Program-made: the position numbers and the translations under genes
Source: Andalucia godoyi And28
Taxonomy: Eukaryota; Protista; Jakobida
DNA length: 64,000 nucleotides
Assembly: GCA_009859145.1 (NCBI GenBank)
Contig: VRVR01000038.1
Location: 62,001-126,000, forward strand
Reading direction: 5' to 3'
Part shown: piece after piece, positions 43,001 to 51,794 of the stretch
Layout: the number at the start of each line of letters is the position of its first letter
Position numbering within the stretch: position 1 is the stretch's first letter
The notes under the pieces: model-generated
What the model saw: only the letters and a program-made list of their open reading frames with translations
Database searches by the model: none
What the model was told of the DNA's origin: nothing

Positions 43001-44321
43001 ACTCCTTCACTCCAAAGAAAATCAACATCTGCGGTGCAGACAGGAGTTCTCGCACGGTATCCCATAAAGGACGATAGCGACATCGTCGGATTAACGGGCA
43101 TGATAAAACGCGAGACAGCAAGAAAGTTGCATGTCTTGAAGAAACATCTGTCAAAGGAAACACGGATCGCAGAACAACAGATATTGTTGCATACGAAGAC
43201 TCCGCAACACGGTCCAGCCAGGTGGGCTCTTCAGATGAGCTGTGGAGCATATAGAGAGTCACTGCAGAAAGAAATCCGTGGTCAACATCTCCATCAATCT
43301 GAAACCAGTCCTTTCGAGCGATGTCGTCCAGATCTGGAACCACAAGTGCTGAAGCTGCCCGAATGCAAGCGCAGAGCTCTACGCGTCCGCACGAGTCAGC
43401 ATCCAACACTCTTCGAATCAGTGATCTGCAATGAATAAGCAAAGATGAGTTTTGCAGCAAGATGTCTCTGCACAGCACAATGATGTCCCACGCCTCGGCG
43501 CGAACAACCGGGGAAGTCTGTTGAAAATCGAGCAATGGAATCACGTGATCTCGCAATGTTGTTTGAATAACTGATGCCAGATGTGCCGCATAGTCATCAG
43601 AAGTCGCCCTGATTCTCTGCATTACAGGATTGCACAGTGCCCTTCCAACCCATATCCTCCTCTCTGGATCCACTATCGGCTTTTCAAAAACGCATTCAAT
43701 CGGGCATTGCATGACGCGCGTAATTACCGACTCCAAGCAGCCCACAGCATTTCGTGCAACTTGAATTTGGGAATCTGAGACGAGAGACAGCAGTTCGTCA
43801 ATAAGTAATTTTGCTTCGCTTTCCATTGCGTAGTGCCCCAGATCGTGAAACAGAAGTTTCAAGGCAGACGGCAAAAGACACCTCCCACTTGCATCAATCC
43901 GAACCAGAACAGGAAGCAAAGAAATGCACACCGGCAGGAAAAACGACAGAAATGCACGAGACTTGTTCGGTTTCAAGTATACACACAGCGACGACATCAA
44001 GCAAATCGATAAAATAGGAGACAATGAAGCTTTCAGCGCCTTGAACATGGTCAGCAACAGCCTGTCGTGATGAGCCGGAGCAAACACTCGCACAAGCGTG
44101 TTGAGTGCCTCCTCGCTCGATACACGAACGTCCAGAGAAGAAGGGTGTGTAGATGCTTTCAAAATGCATGGAATCGCGAAAGTCAAGATTTCGGGAAAGT
44201 CATTTCGGTTGCGGAATGTGTGCGACAATAGCGTCTTCTTCGTCAGCGCCAGGGCTTGCAGTAATACCAAGGGGGAGGACTCTAGGCTTTTCAGCTCTCG
44301 AAGCGCATTCGTCAGCTCCAT
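40011..44321 (-). CDS. Large HEAT-repeat protein with a huntingtin-like N-terminus (about 1436 aa)
   Basis: DVRVSSEEALNTLV..DRLLLTMFKALK..LKPNKSRAFL..LP..LGHYAMESEAKLLI..VARNAVG parallels the huntingtin N-HEAT region; start MELTN at 44321. Confidence 0.62.
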   Translation of the reverse strand: MELTNALRELKSLESSPLVLLQALALTKKTLLSHTFRNRNDFPEILTFAIPCILKASTHPSSLDVRVSSEEALNTLVRVFAPAHHDRLLLTMFKALKASLSPILSICLMSSLCVYLKPNKSRAFLSFFLPVCISLLPVLVRIDASGRCLLPSALKLLFHDLGHYAMESEAKLLIDELLSLVSDSQIQVARNAVGCLESVITRVMQCPIECVFEKPIVDPERRIWVGRALCNPVMQRIRATSDDYAAHLASVIQTTLRDHVIPLLDFQQTSPVVRAEAWDIIVLCRDILLQNSSLLIHCRSLIRRVLDADSCGRVELCACIRAASALVVPDLDDIARKDWFQIDGDVDHGFLSAVTLYMLHSSSEEPTWLDRVAESSYATISVVLRSVFPLTDVSSRHATFLLSRVLSCPLIRRCRYRPLWDTVRELLSAPQMLIFFGVKEWGECLIELVLSASSSFLPPKLLAIILNDSPPCTGRLLYFILREPRSELIKLLGSVLPFCTVPVQREVLVCLRQIHCRIMADTEFSSWTHVVATEICSLSVSAMVMVREFQSNDIHLPYWTSFANSVLDALTIADRVMFPSTGGSDDPFRVYAEPSAQPCVVRLLVLLPCDLRSELIAVSVNAASSAAAAAWAVAVAKDGPRGWIMDCGVVRRVFSLPVDEHEGETLFCVDVFVACLVLSKNKCSLTDSEVSLVCVHATAVHWTVYHDFVNKWLLSLEEQTPSPPIAKYCDTVVLCIVGMETLVPHPEIMVTDLLLRTLWRFASPEDCVRVVENLAFSQWTHPKHWESSFLLVLRLCLTAASSDSNFPIQTSVVLGLVLRAGGESIAARIHQQHDIWKDLNEDERGMVLRRLTSEVMRPVSCPSEVTFLQFYPLEYFMGGSPNGGGADGDDGDDLDREHHRDGDGDGDNEAVDNDFSRASKASRLCLLLNERQPFPLMFNRLRRLFSNLPDTLRSSLANLPEFDEVDKSVYLLLFDAVSAALSFLSTIQPAELIHFPPNTCVALCAAFERISVDDPFDIRVQSVLASWSDAIFARTTSLDTVGDSSYADPLCVLCMHYARAILSRSLFAVSLERQWSEVTNVVEGLSPFSTMAGDDVDVHPDFLRGFMLLHGAAASLGKLPPSGEHASQIRDTVVSSISGSILSSLSTASSFVRSIDGCLSIGRIRVPFDFIRSSPPFAPHVFLAHSSFLFLSDILHRRSLNLVNQNLMSSVVRTIVSGLRTFPSNDTLCFFAPQRLLDMVFQAMAALPPIQIPCGDFIDLLYGSIERMCALFPMKFGAELACLHKYVKDQRAISPADAWLCVQLLLPRIMPESISTPRGTYDQVVDEAIGHRLWILMSSVVLFLEVSDCPMPKHHVWITLARSSRCVPFLFLPGAIAEDPRSVFGRSHYHELVCELIVAGLRDSGILAILNDIPDCEKADVMSEVLQRHSAAASSS

Positions 44322-44786
44322 ATCATGAGGCAAGTGTAGGCTCTGTCGACAGCAGCCGCTGATCGCTGTTGGTGGTGCCGGGAAAGTCGTTCCGAGTTTC
44401 TGAGTTTCCAGGTTCCGATCTGTACTTTTGCTGCACAATGTTCCAGCGTCCAGTCACCTCTGTCCTTCACGTTTTGTTGTTTTTTTGGTTTTTTTGGTTT
44501 TATTTTTCTTTGTCTTTTTGCATTCGAAATTTCTCGAAATTCGAATCGACTCAACTCTGTTCCACTTCCTGTCGTACTCCCGTGCCAGAAAGACCCCCTC
44601 CCTTCGGTCGCAACTCCGCATGTCGCAGTCTGTCGATCCAATTCCTTTCTTCTACGATTTTGTGAGGAAAAAAACTCAAAAAAGATTCGCAAAACTGCAA
44701 TTTCAACCTCGTGTTGTTTATCTTTCCTTCTCCCTGTCCGTTGCTTCGCGTGCAGCTCGTATCGAGATTCTGGGGCGCGCTTGCCC

Positions 44787-47750
44787 ATGTCTACTGCAGG
44801 TCTTTGTTCCCTCTTCGATGTGTTTGACCTGTCTGATCAAGATTTGCTAGCGCAAAAGGAGCTTCTTGAGACGCTGGCTACAACTGGCAGAATTCCAAGT
44901 TCGCTGTCGGACAAGTATGCGTCTGTCATTGACCAAGAGATTGAAGAGCGAAATCTCGGAAGTGAAATCTTGAAAAAGATAAAATCGCGAATCAGTGCAG
45001 CTTCTCAACCTTTGGCCTCCTCCAATGATGCTTCGCCAACGCCGTTGACGGCGGCCCCGATAATCCAAGATTCGTCGTCTGCAATTGCGTCTGCATTTCG
45101 ATCGACGAACGCAGAGAAAGTCGCTCCGAAAGTGGATCGAACTGACGTGAACGACGATCTGTCGAGGGAAAACTGGTTTTCCTTTCCAACGCATGAATTG
45201 AACCGTGTTGCTGTTCAGAGAGAGTTTGTTGTTTTTGGACAAAAGAAGAAGAGAAGGACAGTCCGTCAGAAAGCTCAAAGCACCCAGGAGCATGCTCCAG
45301 AAAAGCAGCGAAACACAAAGCCTAGGGCAGAGAAGAGTGGTCCAAGAATCGTGGCACTACATCATGGCACTCCGCAACTAAAATCCATTACTCCGCTGAC
45401 GCAGAAGTCAAGTGCGACAAGAGGTCAGTCAACAGGGATTGCACATTGCGAATCAAAGGTACCAGTGGCACCACAGTCTCAGCGGAGCTCGTCGGACTCC
45501 GTGCTGTCCTCGCGTGACGTTGTTGCCTTTCCTTGTGAAGCATTACAAATGTCTGCAGCCCCGACAGAAGTTCCCGAATACTCGAAAGATGATGTGCACC
45601 GCAGCGGACCGGCCCCGCAAAACTCAGATACCACTTTGAGGTCGGATGCGAAAAATGAATCAGAAATCCAGGAAGTTCTCCGGCGCGAACTCCTTCACCA
45701 AACAGGTGGTGCGGGCAGTGTGGAAGGAGACATGCTGTCTTTGTCGGAGGATTCTGTGCAACACAATCTACTGGTTCATGAACGGATGCCTACCGCAGAA
45801 TCGAATATCGATGCCGAGGCTGCAGAGGAAATGCAAAACGATGTTGGTGTTGGAGACGGTGCAGAAGAAGTGGAGGTGGTGTATGATGAAGAAGAAGATG
45901 AACAAAATGATGATGAACAAGAAGGGTTGGAAGATGGAGAAGATGATGGTACTGCGTTCTGTGATGAAATGGAAGACGATGACGCAGCGGTGTTGAATGA
46001 CGGTGTCCAGTTTGGAGAAGCAGCCGTGGACAAAGATGGGAATTTCAATGAAGCTGCTGAAGAGGCAGAGTCTGTGGATTCTGAATTCCGTGTGGACGAG
46101 GACGAGCTTAGGGTCGTGGGGTCGACGGTAGCACCGAATTCTGCAGACGCTCCTCAGTCATCGACACCCACTCCGAACTCGACGAGTGCGCGAACTGAGG
46201 ATCAGTTCCTTCCAGAGCATGAATGCTCCGGTTTGCCTCAGGAGAGAGATGTCGGACGTTCCTTCGGTCCAAAAGAGAATGTTTCTGGGAAACCGATGTC
46301 CAAAGAAGGTGGCAGTTTGCCGAAGCAGTCTACAAGAAATACATCACCTCATTATGGCACAAAGACTGCGTCCTCTGCGTCGACTAAGCTGTTTCCTTCG
46401 TGTCTTGCGGACTGCTTTGCTGTTTCCTACTTCAAGAAAAAGAGCTCAAATAAGGATGGAGTTGATAAGAAGGTTGTGGACGCATTGTGGAAGGCCTGGA
46501 AGACCGACGAGTGTCTTGACTACTCTGGTCCTCGAGGCCCAGCTGATGCGTTCTATTATTCCCACACCAAACGCTCGGAATTGAACGACACAATCACAGC
46601 TGCCGCGGACTGTCTTGATTGGTATGCCTCTTACTCTGTCGGAAAGGGTCTTTGGCAGCTCATGTGGTCTTGGCAGCGACCCGCACCGTCCTTGATGTCG
46701 AGAATCTTCTTTTTTCAAAGAATTCATCGATATCCGAACACGGGCTCTGTTTTGACTCGGAAGGACGCTCTGTCCAAGCTACTAGCGCGTTGGACAAAAC
46801 TTCCTGGTAAAACGGGCGACTTTTTTCGAGATGTTGTCCCTCCGACGTTTGCCCTTCCCGCAGAAATATCTGCCTTTTCTTCTGCGCTGTATGAAACCAG
46901 CGAATCTGGTGCCTGGTGGATTCTGAAGCCCGCAAGCTTGTCGCGCGGACGCGGCATCCGTGTTATCAAGTCTTTTGAGGAAGTTGAATACGGCGAGCCG
47001 TCTGTGGTGCAGAAATACGTGTCACATCCCTTGCTTCTCGATGGGCGAAAGTTTGATCTTCGTCTGTACGTTTTAGTCACTTCCTTCGGCAGCGATCTCT
47101 CTGCGTACATTTTCTCTGAAGGACTTGCACGGTTTGCCAGGTCAAAATTTACAATTATCGAAGGCGAGAGGCTCAATCCATATGTACATCTCACCAACAG
47201 CTCTGTGAATAAGAACACGGATGGCGATGGCACTGTTGATGATGCAGAGATTAAGTTTCCTCTCTCGTCCACCTTGAAACGACTCCAGAGCACATACGAC
47301 ATTGACATTGACACTCTCTGGAACAAGATTGTAGAACGTGTGCTCGCAAGTTTAATCGCAGCTCAAGAACACATTTCGTCGCACCCTTGTTGCTTTGAAC
47401 TTCTAGGGTATGACATGCTCATTGATGCTTCACAGAAAGTGTGGCTCTTGGAGGTGAACGCCAGTCCTATGCTGCAACTGGACGGAGAAACAGATGAACA
47501 AATCAAGATTCCGTTGGTCCGGGATATCATGCGCATCGTGACTCACGGTCTCCCTCGTGTAAATGCAGATGCGCTGTGCGATTGGATGCATACTCACGGC
47601 CCCTTCGATGCTTTTGACAAGACGTCTTATGACTCGATTTTCCCTTTGGGCACAGCTTCCGGAACCGACATCCCGCTCGGGGGATTCCAAAGAATTGCTC
47701 CCTCACCGTTGTATTCGAAGATCTTGAAGCTGAAGAAGTTGTGTAATTAG
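44787..47750 (+). CDS. Tubulin-tyrosine ligase-like (TTLL) polyglutamylase-type enzyme
   Basis: LTRKDAL, WILKPASLSRGRGI, VVQKYV..PLLLDGRKFDLRLYVLV, HLTNSSVNK, FELLGYD, LLEVNASP. Confidence 0.92.
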   Translation: MSTAGLCSLFDVFDLSDQDLLAQKELLETLATTGRIPSSLSDKYASVIDQEIEERNLGSEILKKIKSRISAASQPLASSNDASPTPLTAAPIIQDSSSAIASAFRSTNAEKVAPKVDRTDVNDDLSRENWFSFPTHELNRVAVQREFVVFGQKKKRRTVRQKAQSTQEHAPEKQRNTKPRAEKSGPRIVALHHGTPQLKSITPLTQKSSATRGQSTGIAHCESKVPVAPQSQRSSSDSVLSSRDVVAFPCEALQMSAAPTEVPEYSKDDVHRSGPAPQNSDTTLRSDAKNESEIQEVLRRELLHQTGGAGSVEGDMLSLSEDSVQHNLLVHERMPTAESNIDAEAAEEMQNDVGVGDGAEEVEVVYDEEEDEQNDDEQEGLEDGEDDGTAFCDEMEDDDAAVLNDGVQFGEAAVDKDGNFNEAAEEAESVDSEFRVDEDELRVVGSTVAPNSADAPQSSTPTPNSTSARTEDQFLPEHECSGLPQERDVGRSFGPKENVSGKPMSKEGGSLPKQSTRNTSPHYGTKTASSASTKLFPSCLADCFAVSYFKKKSSNKDGVDKKVVDALWKAWKTDECLDYSGPRGPADAFYYSHTKRSELNDTITAAADCLDWYASYSVGKGLWQLMWSWQRPAPSLMSRIFFFQRIHRYPNTGSVLTRKDALSKLLARWTKLPGKTGDFFRDVVPPTFALPAEISAFSSALYETSESGAWWILKPASLSRGRGIRVIKSFEEVEYGEPSVVQKYVSHPLLLDGRKFDLRLYVLVTSFGSDLSAYIFSEGLARFARSKFTIIEGERLNPYVHLTNSSVNKNTDGDGTVDDAEIKFPLSSTLKRLQSTYDIDIDTLWNKIVERVLASLIAAQEHISSHPCCFELLGYDMLIDASQKVWLLEVNASPMLQLDGETDEQIKIPLVRDIMRIVTHGLPRVNADALCDWMHTHGPFDAFDKTSYDSIFPLGTASGTDIPLGGFQRIAPSPLYSKILKLKKLCN

Positions 47751-48005
47751 CTTCATCCGTCCATGTACATTAAAATAATAGCGGAATAATGCACTGTTGA
47801 GAGACGGACTGCGACGTACCGCGTACCGCGACCGGCAGCTCGTCGTGCGGGCCTCCTGCTGTACACCTACGGCGTATTGTCCTTTTTGCTCCCAAACATC
47901 AACCTTGATGAATAACGAAGGACACGTTTGTTTTGGTTGTTTTTCTTATTTGGTTTTTTTGGTTTTTTGCAGGGGAAGACGTTAGGGTGGTACCGATATT
48001 GTCAC

Positions 48006-49526
48006 ATGACGATTTTCCAATGGCGGATTTGGTGCTATTCGTTCCTGGCCTGTTGCGTAGTACTCCAAATGACAGGTGTCTCGTGCAGGCCGGCAACGTT
48101 GAGTGCAGGCCCTGCGGATCCTCCACTGTTCAAGGTTGCTGAAGAATTCCTGTCATTCACTATCGATGTTGCGCAGATTCTCGACTCTCGGCTGAATTTT
48201 TCAGAAGCGACATTCCTGGCAAACACACGAGCGCTGATGCCTGCCTTTCTTCGAATTGGGGGAACAAAGGCGGATTCAACGTATTGGCAAGTGTCCTCGG
48301 ATTCCGTTCCCCCTGGTTTCGAGCACGTTATTTCTCAATCTCGAATTCGTGATCTTTGTGCGTTTGCTGCAGCCGTTGGAACACGGCTTGTGATAGGACT
48401 GTCGAACGGTCCCGCGTCGCAGTCATCGAGCTCTCCGCAAGCTTGGGACCCGTCGGTCAATGCTGCTGCCTTGCTAGCATTCTTGCGAGACATTCAGTGT
48501 CCAGTGCACGCATTTGAGCTCGGAAACGAGTATAATCTGTTCGTGTTTAACTGGGGGATCAAATCGGTCAAGACCCCTTCGTCGATTGCACAGGATATTT
48601 TCACCCTCCGTGGTGTTGTGGATCAGGTCTATGGGAACGGCAGTGATATCCTCCTGGCTGGCATCGATGACTCCTACCAGTTCCCTCTGGTCGGGGAACT
48701 GGCTCCGCTGACAAAGGATGTTGTGTCCAGCATCCGTGATTCTGGAAAACCGTCTCCGTTGTCCATCTTGACGTGGCATTGGTATCCTCTTGAGTCCAAT
48801 CACTGCCCTGCTTGGTGGATCGATCCGCACTATTGTACGCTGGATCGCGCTCTTTCTGCATCCGCGTTCAATGAACCTGAAAGGTTTTTTGCTGATCTGC
48901 AAGCCTATGCGGCGTCCATTCGTGCAGAATTGTGGTGTGGCGAAACGGCGCTTTCGTCGTGTGGCGGTACGCAGAACGTTAGTGACGCTTTCGCAGGCAG
49001 CTTTTTCTGGTTAAATGAACTTGGACAATTTAGTCGAGCCAAACATGCTGTTATCCTTCGACAGACACTCGACGGCTTTGGAAATCGGTACTCTCTGCTG
49101 GATGCTTCGTCCAGCCCTCTCCCTGATTTCTGGGCTTCTTGGCTGTGGAAGCAGCTGGTGTCTTCTGACGTCTATGATTTGGAGGTGTCGGGTATCCACA
49201 GAGACATCGATCCATTCCGTGCCTACCTGATGGGCTCTTTGAATGCTTCATTTTCCAGGACGTTTGTGCTGATCAATGGTAATTTGGATGCCGCCGTCAC
49301 AGTTGCGTTTCCGCCTGATTTCTGCTCTGCTCATGACGCAGAAGAATTCGTTGTCCAGGCCGCCAACGGGCTGCCGTCAGACGGTGTCATCATGGTGAAT
49401 GGTATTCCCATCACAAGCACCATCTATCTGTCGGAGCCAGTCGACAAGTTGGTGTCGAAGGTCCCGTGCACTGCGCTTGCTGCCTATGTTCTTCCGCCTT
49501 TGACCTATGCGTTCATTCGAATCTGA
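48006..49526 (+). CDS. Secreted GH79 heparanase-like beta-glucuronidase
   Basis: Signal peptide, FLRIGGTKAD, FELGNE (acid/base), TWHWYP, WCGET (nucleophile), RQTL, PLPDFW. Confidence 0.88.
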   Translation: MTIFQWRIWCYSFLACCVVLQMTGVSCRPATLSAGPADPPLFKVAEEFLSFTIDVAQILDSRLNFSEATFLANTRALMPAFLRIGGTKADSTYWQVSSDSVPPGFEHVISQSRIRDLCAFAAAVGTRLVIGLSNGPASQSSSSPQAWDPSVNAAALLAFLRDIQCPVHAFELGNEYNLFVFNWGIKSVKTPSSIAQDIFTLRGVVDQVYGNGSDILLAGIDDSYQFPLVGELAPLTKDVVSSIRDSGKPSPLSILTWHWYPLESNHCPAWWIDPHYCTLDRALSASAFNEPERFFADLQAYAASIRAELWCGETALSSCGGTQNVSDAFAGSFFWLNELGQFSRAKHAVILRQTLDGFGNRYSLLDASSSPLPDFWASWLWKQLVSSDVYDLEVSGIHRDIDPFRAYLMGSLNASFSRTFVLINGNLDAAVTVAFPPDFCSAHDAEEFVVQAANGLPSDGVIMVNGIPITSTIYLSEPVDKLVSKVPCTALAAYVLPPLTYAFIRI

Positions 49527-49584
49527 CACAGTGACACTCTTTGCCCATGTTTTTTTTTCTGATTATTTGATTATTTAATTAATT

Positions 49585-49615
<31 letters not shown>

Positions 49616-49713
49616 ATTATTATTATTTATTTCTGACCATTTCGAGCTGTAATATGTCCCTTCTTCGTGTCATCTATTGATTTTGCTTATTTCTCTTTGA
49701 GGTTGCTTGTAGG

Positions 49714-50049
49714 CTATGGTGATGGTGATGGTGATGGTGGTGACGATGGTTGCAAATGCTTCTGTTCGTTTTCAGCATGAGCTCTTGCTCTCCGTACTGC
49801 AGATTCTTGTATTTGACCACCAATCACCTGACCCATGATTGCAGTGAGAATGTTGACTGGTATGAAACGAGGGGGCAAGTTCCACCTCTTTCGTAGAAAT
49901 ATGATGAATGGAACAGACGCATGCACTGCTGCAAACCACTCTAAAGAAAACTTCTCCGTGTGAACCCGGTAAAATCCCAGCGGAAGATTTGCTGAAAACG
50001 CGGCAATCGTCAGCAACAGTACTTTTCGACGAAGAAGCTGATTCTCCAT
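49714..50049 (-). CDS. Small conserved hypothetical membrane protein
   Basis: NLPLGFYRVHTEKFSLEWFAAVHASVPFIIFLRK...GQVIG; I recall this pattern from an uncharacterised plant/bacterial family. Confidence 0.65.
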   Translation of the reverse strand: MENQLLRRKVLLLTIAAFSANLPLGFYRVHTEKFSLEWFAAVHASVPFIIFLRKRWNLPPRFIPVNILTAIMGQVIGGQIQESAVRRARAHAENEQKHLQPSSPPSPSPSP

Positions 50050-50357
50050 TTCAAAAAGCAAACCCTATGCCCACGTATCGTGACGTATGCGCGTGTGTGG
50101 GTGCGGCCTTGTGGGGGAAGGAGTGCGCAGTGCGGTGATGCGCAAGGCTGCAAGACGAGTTTACCAATTTGGCCACAGACGATTGGTATGTATATATAAA
50201 AACCTTTTTTTGGGAACATTGCGCAAGGAGCGCAATTGAGTTGCGCTGCTTGAGCCTTGAGACCTGTCGTTTGGCATGAGGTCAAACAAAGAACAGCGCC
50301 AAGAACACTGTCGGGAAGGAAAAGATAAAGAACGAAAGAAGAATAAGAAAAATTCTA

Positions 50358-51398
50358 TCACTGTTTAGGAACTACATTGTCGCCTTTGGTGGCCTTTGGT
50401 TTGCTGTCGAGGAATACTTCATGGACCTTCTTCTGCTGCTCTGAACGTTCCTTGATCATCTTTTGAATGTTATCGAACATCCCAGGCTGCTGTGGCTTTG
50501 GAGTCATTCCTGCACGAGCAAGAGCAGCCTTCACCTCACTGTTCAACGGGATGTTCAGGGCGCGTCTGACCGCATCGCGCTGCAGCAACCTTGACGAAAT
50601 CAAAGAAAAGAAGTTGCTCGCAGTCCAATACAAGAAGACAGCTTTCGGCATCGACATGGTCAAGAAGAACATGCCAACAGCAAGAGCTCGGAAGAACCAC
50701 CGGATTCCCTTTCCCATCGGCGCAACTCCTGTGTCGGCCCCAAGCTCAATGGTTGTCAGAAACGTGAGTGATGAGAGGAGCGGAAAAATGTACAAGGGAT
50801 CCGCAGTAGTGAGATCCGTGAACCAGGAGATCCCACCGACCTTGAGTGAAGCGCAATTCTCTGCAAGATTTCTCAGTGTAATAAAAAACGTTAGAAAAAT
50901 AGGCATCTGCACAAACGCATTCACAAACGCCTTCATTGGATGGCAATCGTGCTTCTGAAACAGAGCCCTGAGCTGTTCCGTATGGTTGATCCTCGCAGCC
51001 TGGATTTCCATGGGCGACAGTCCAGAACTTCCAATATCCTTGATTTTCGCATTCAGCTCCTCCATCTGAGGGCGGATCATGGTCAGATTGGCCGTGTTTC
51101 GCATCTGCTTCACGACCAGCGGCAAAGTTGCAACTCGGAAAACGACGGTGGTTGTCAGAATAGTAATCCACCATGGAAGACCCGTTGATGCGTGAATCGA
51201 CTCAAGCGCCGAGCCAAGCCAATCGGAAGGATAAGAAATGTAGCGGACCGGCTGGCGCTGTGAAAATGGGCTCAAAACGGAAGGCATCAAAGATGTGGAG
51301 AACAGCGGCGAAGGAGTCCGCGATTGAACCATTGATCGCTGAAAAACGGCTGAACCGAAGCTTCGGCACAGAACACTGGCGGATATTCCCCGATACAT
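50358..51398 (-). CDS. OXA1: Mitochondrial inner membrane insertase Oxa1
   Basis: Presequence-like N-terminus (MYRGISASVLCRSF), GLPWW..FRVATLPL, QMPIF, WFTDLTTADP, FLYW. Confidence 0.92.
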   Translation of the reverse strand: MYRGISASVLCRSFGSAVFQRSMVQSRTPSPLFSTSLMPSVLSPFSQRQPVRYISYPSDWLGSALESIHASTGLPWWITILTTTVVFRVATLPLVVKQMRNTANLTMIRPQMEELNAKIKDIGSSGLSPMEIQAARINHTEQLRALFQKHDCHPMKAFVNAFVQMPIFLTFFITLRNLAENCASLKVGGISWFTDLTTADPLYIFPLLSSLTFLTTIELGADTGVAPMGKGIRWFFRALAVGMFFLTMSMPKAVFLYWTASNFFSLISSRLLQRDAVRRALNIPLNSEVKAALARAGMTPKPQQPGMFDNIQKMIKERSEQQKKVHEVFLDSKPKATKGDNVVPKQ

Positions 51399-51794
51399 GA
51401 TCAGCAAATCCAACAAACAGGCTCGGAACGAAGGAAAATGGGCCAACAGTATGAAACGAACGAAGAGAAAACGCTGAAAGCGAGAAATTTGAGAAGCCGG
51501 GTATAATGCATATATGAACGACGCAGAGCGCAATCCCCCAGGAAAAGGCCCGTCACTGTCTAGGGCTTCGCTGCGGTTTTCGAGAGAGGGTTTCGCTCCT
51601 GAGCCATTTTGTCCGGATCTGCTGCCTACTTCTCCTTTCGACAGCTCGCTTCTCTATTTTCATTTTTGGTGTTTTCTTTTGAGAGTGTTGACGTTCGTTG
51701 TTCTTGCTTCTCATTCTTCATCTGAGAAGCATCAAATCCATTATTTACATATTATTATTCTTTCTGGCTTGGACGGGCGATTGTCATTTTAGAA

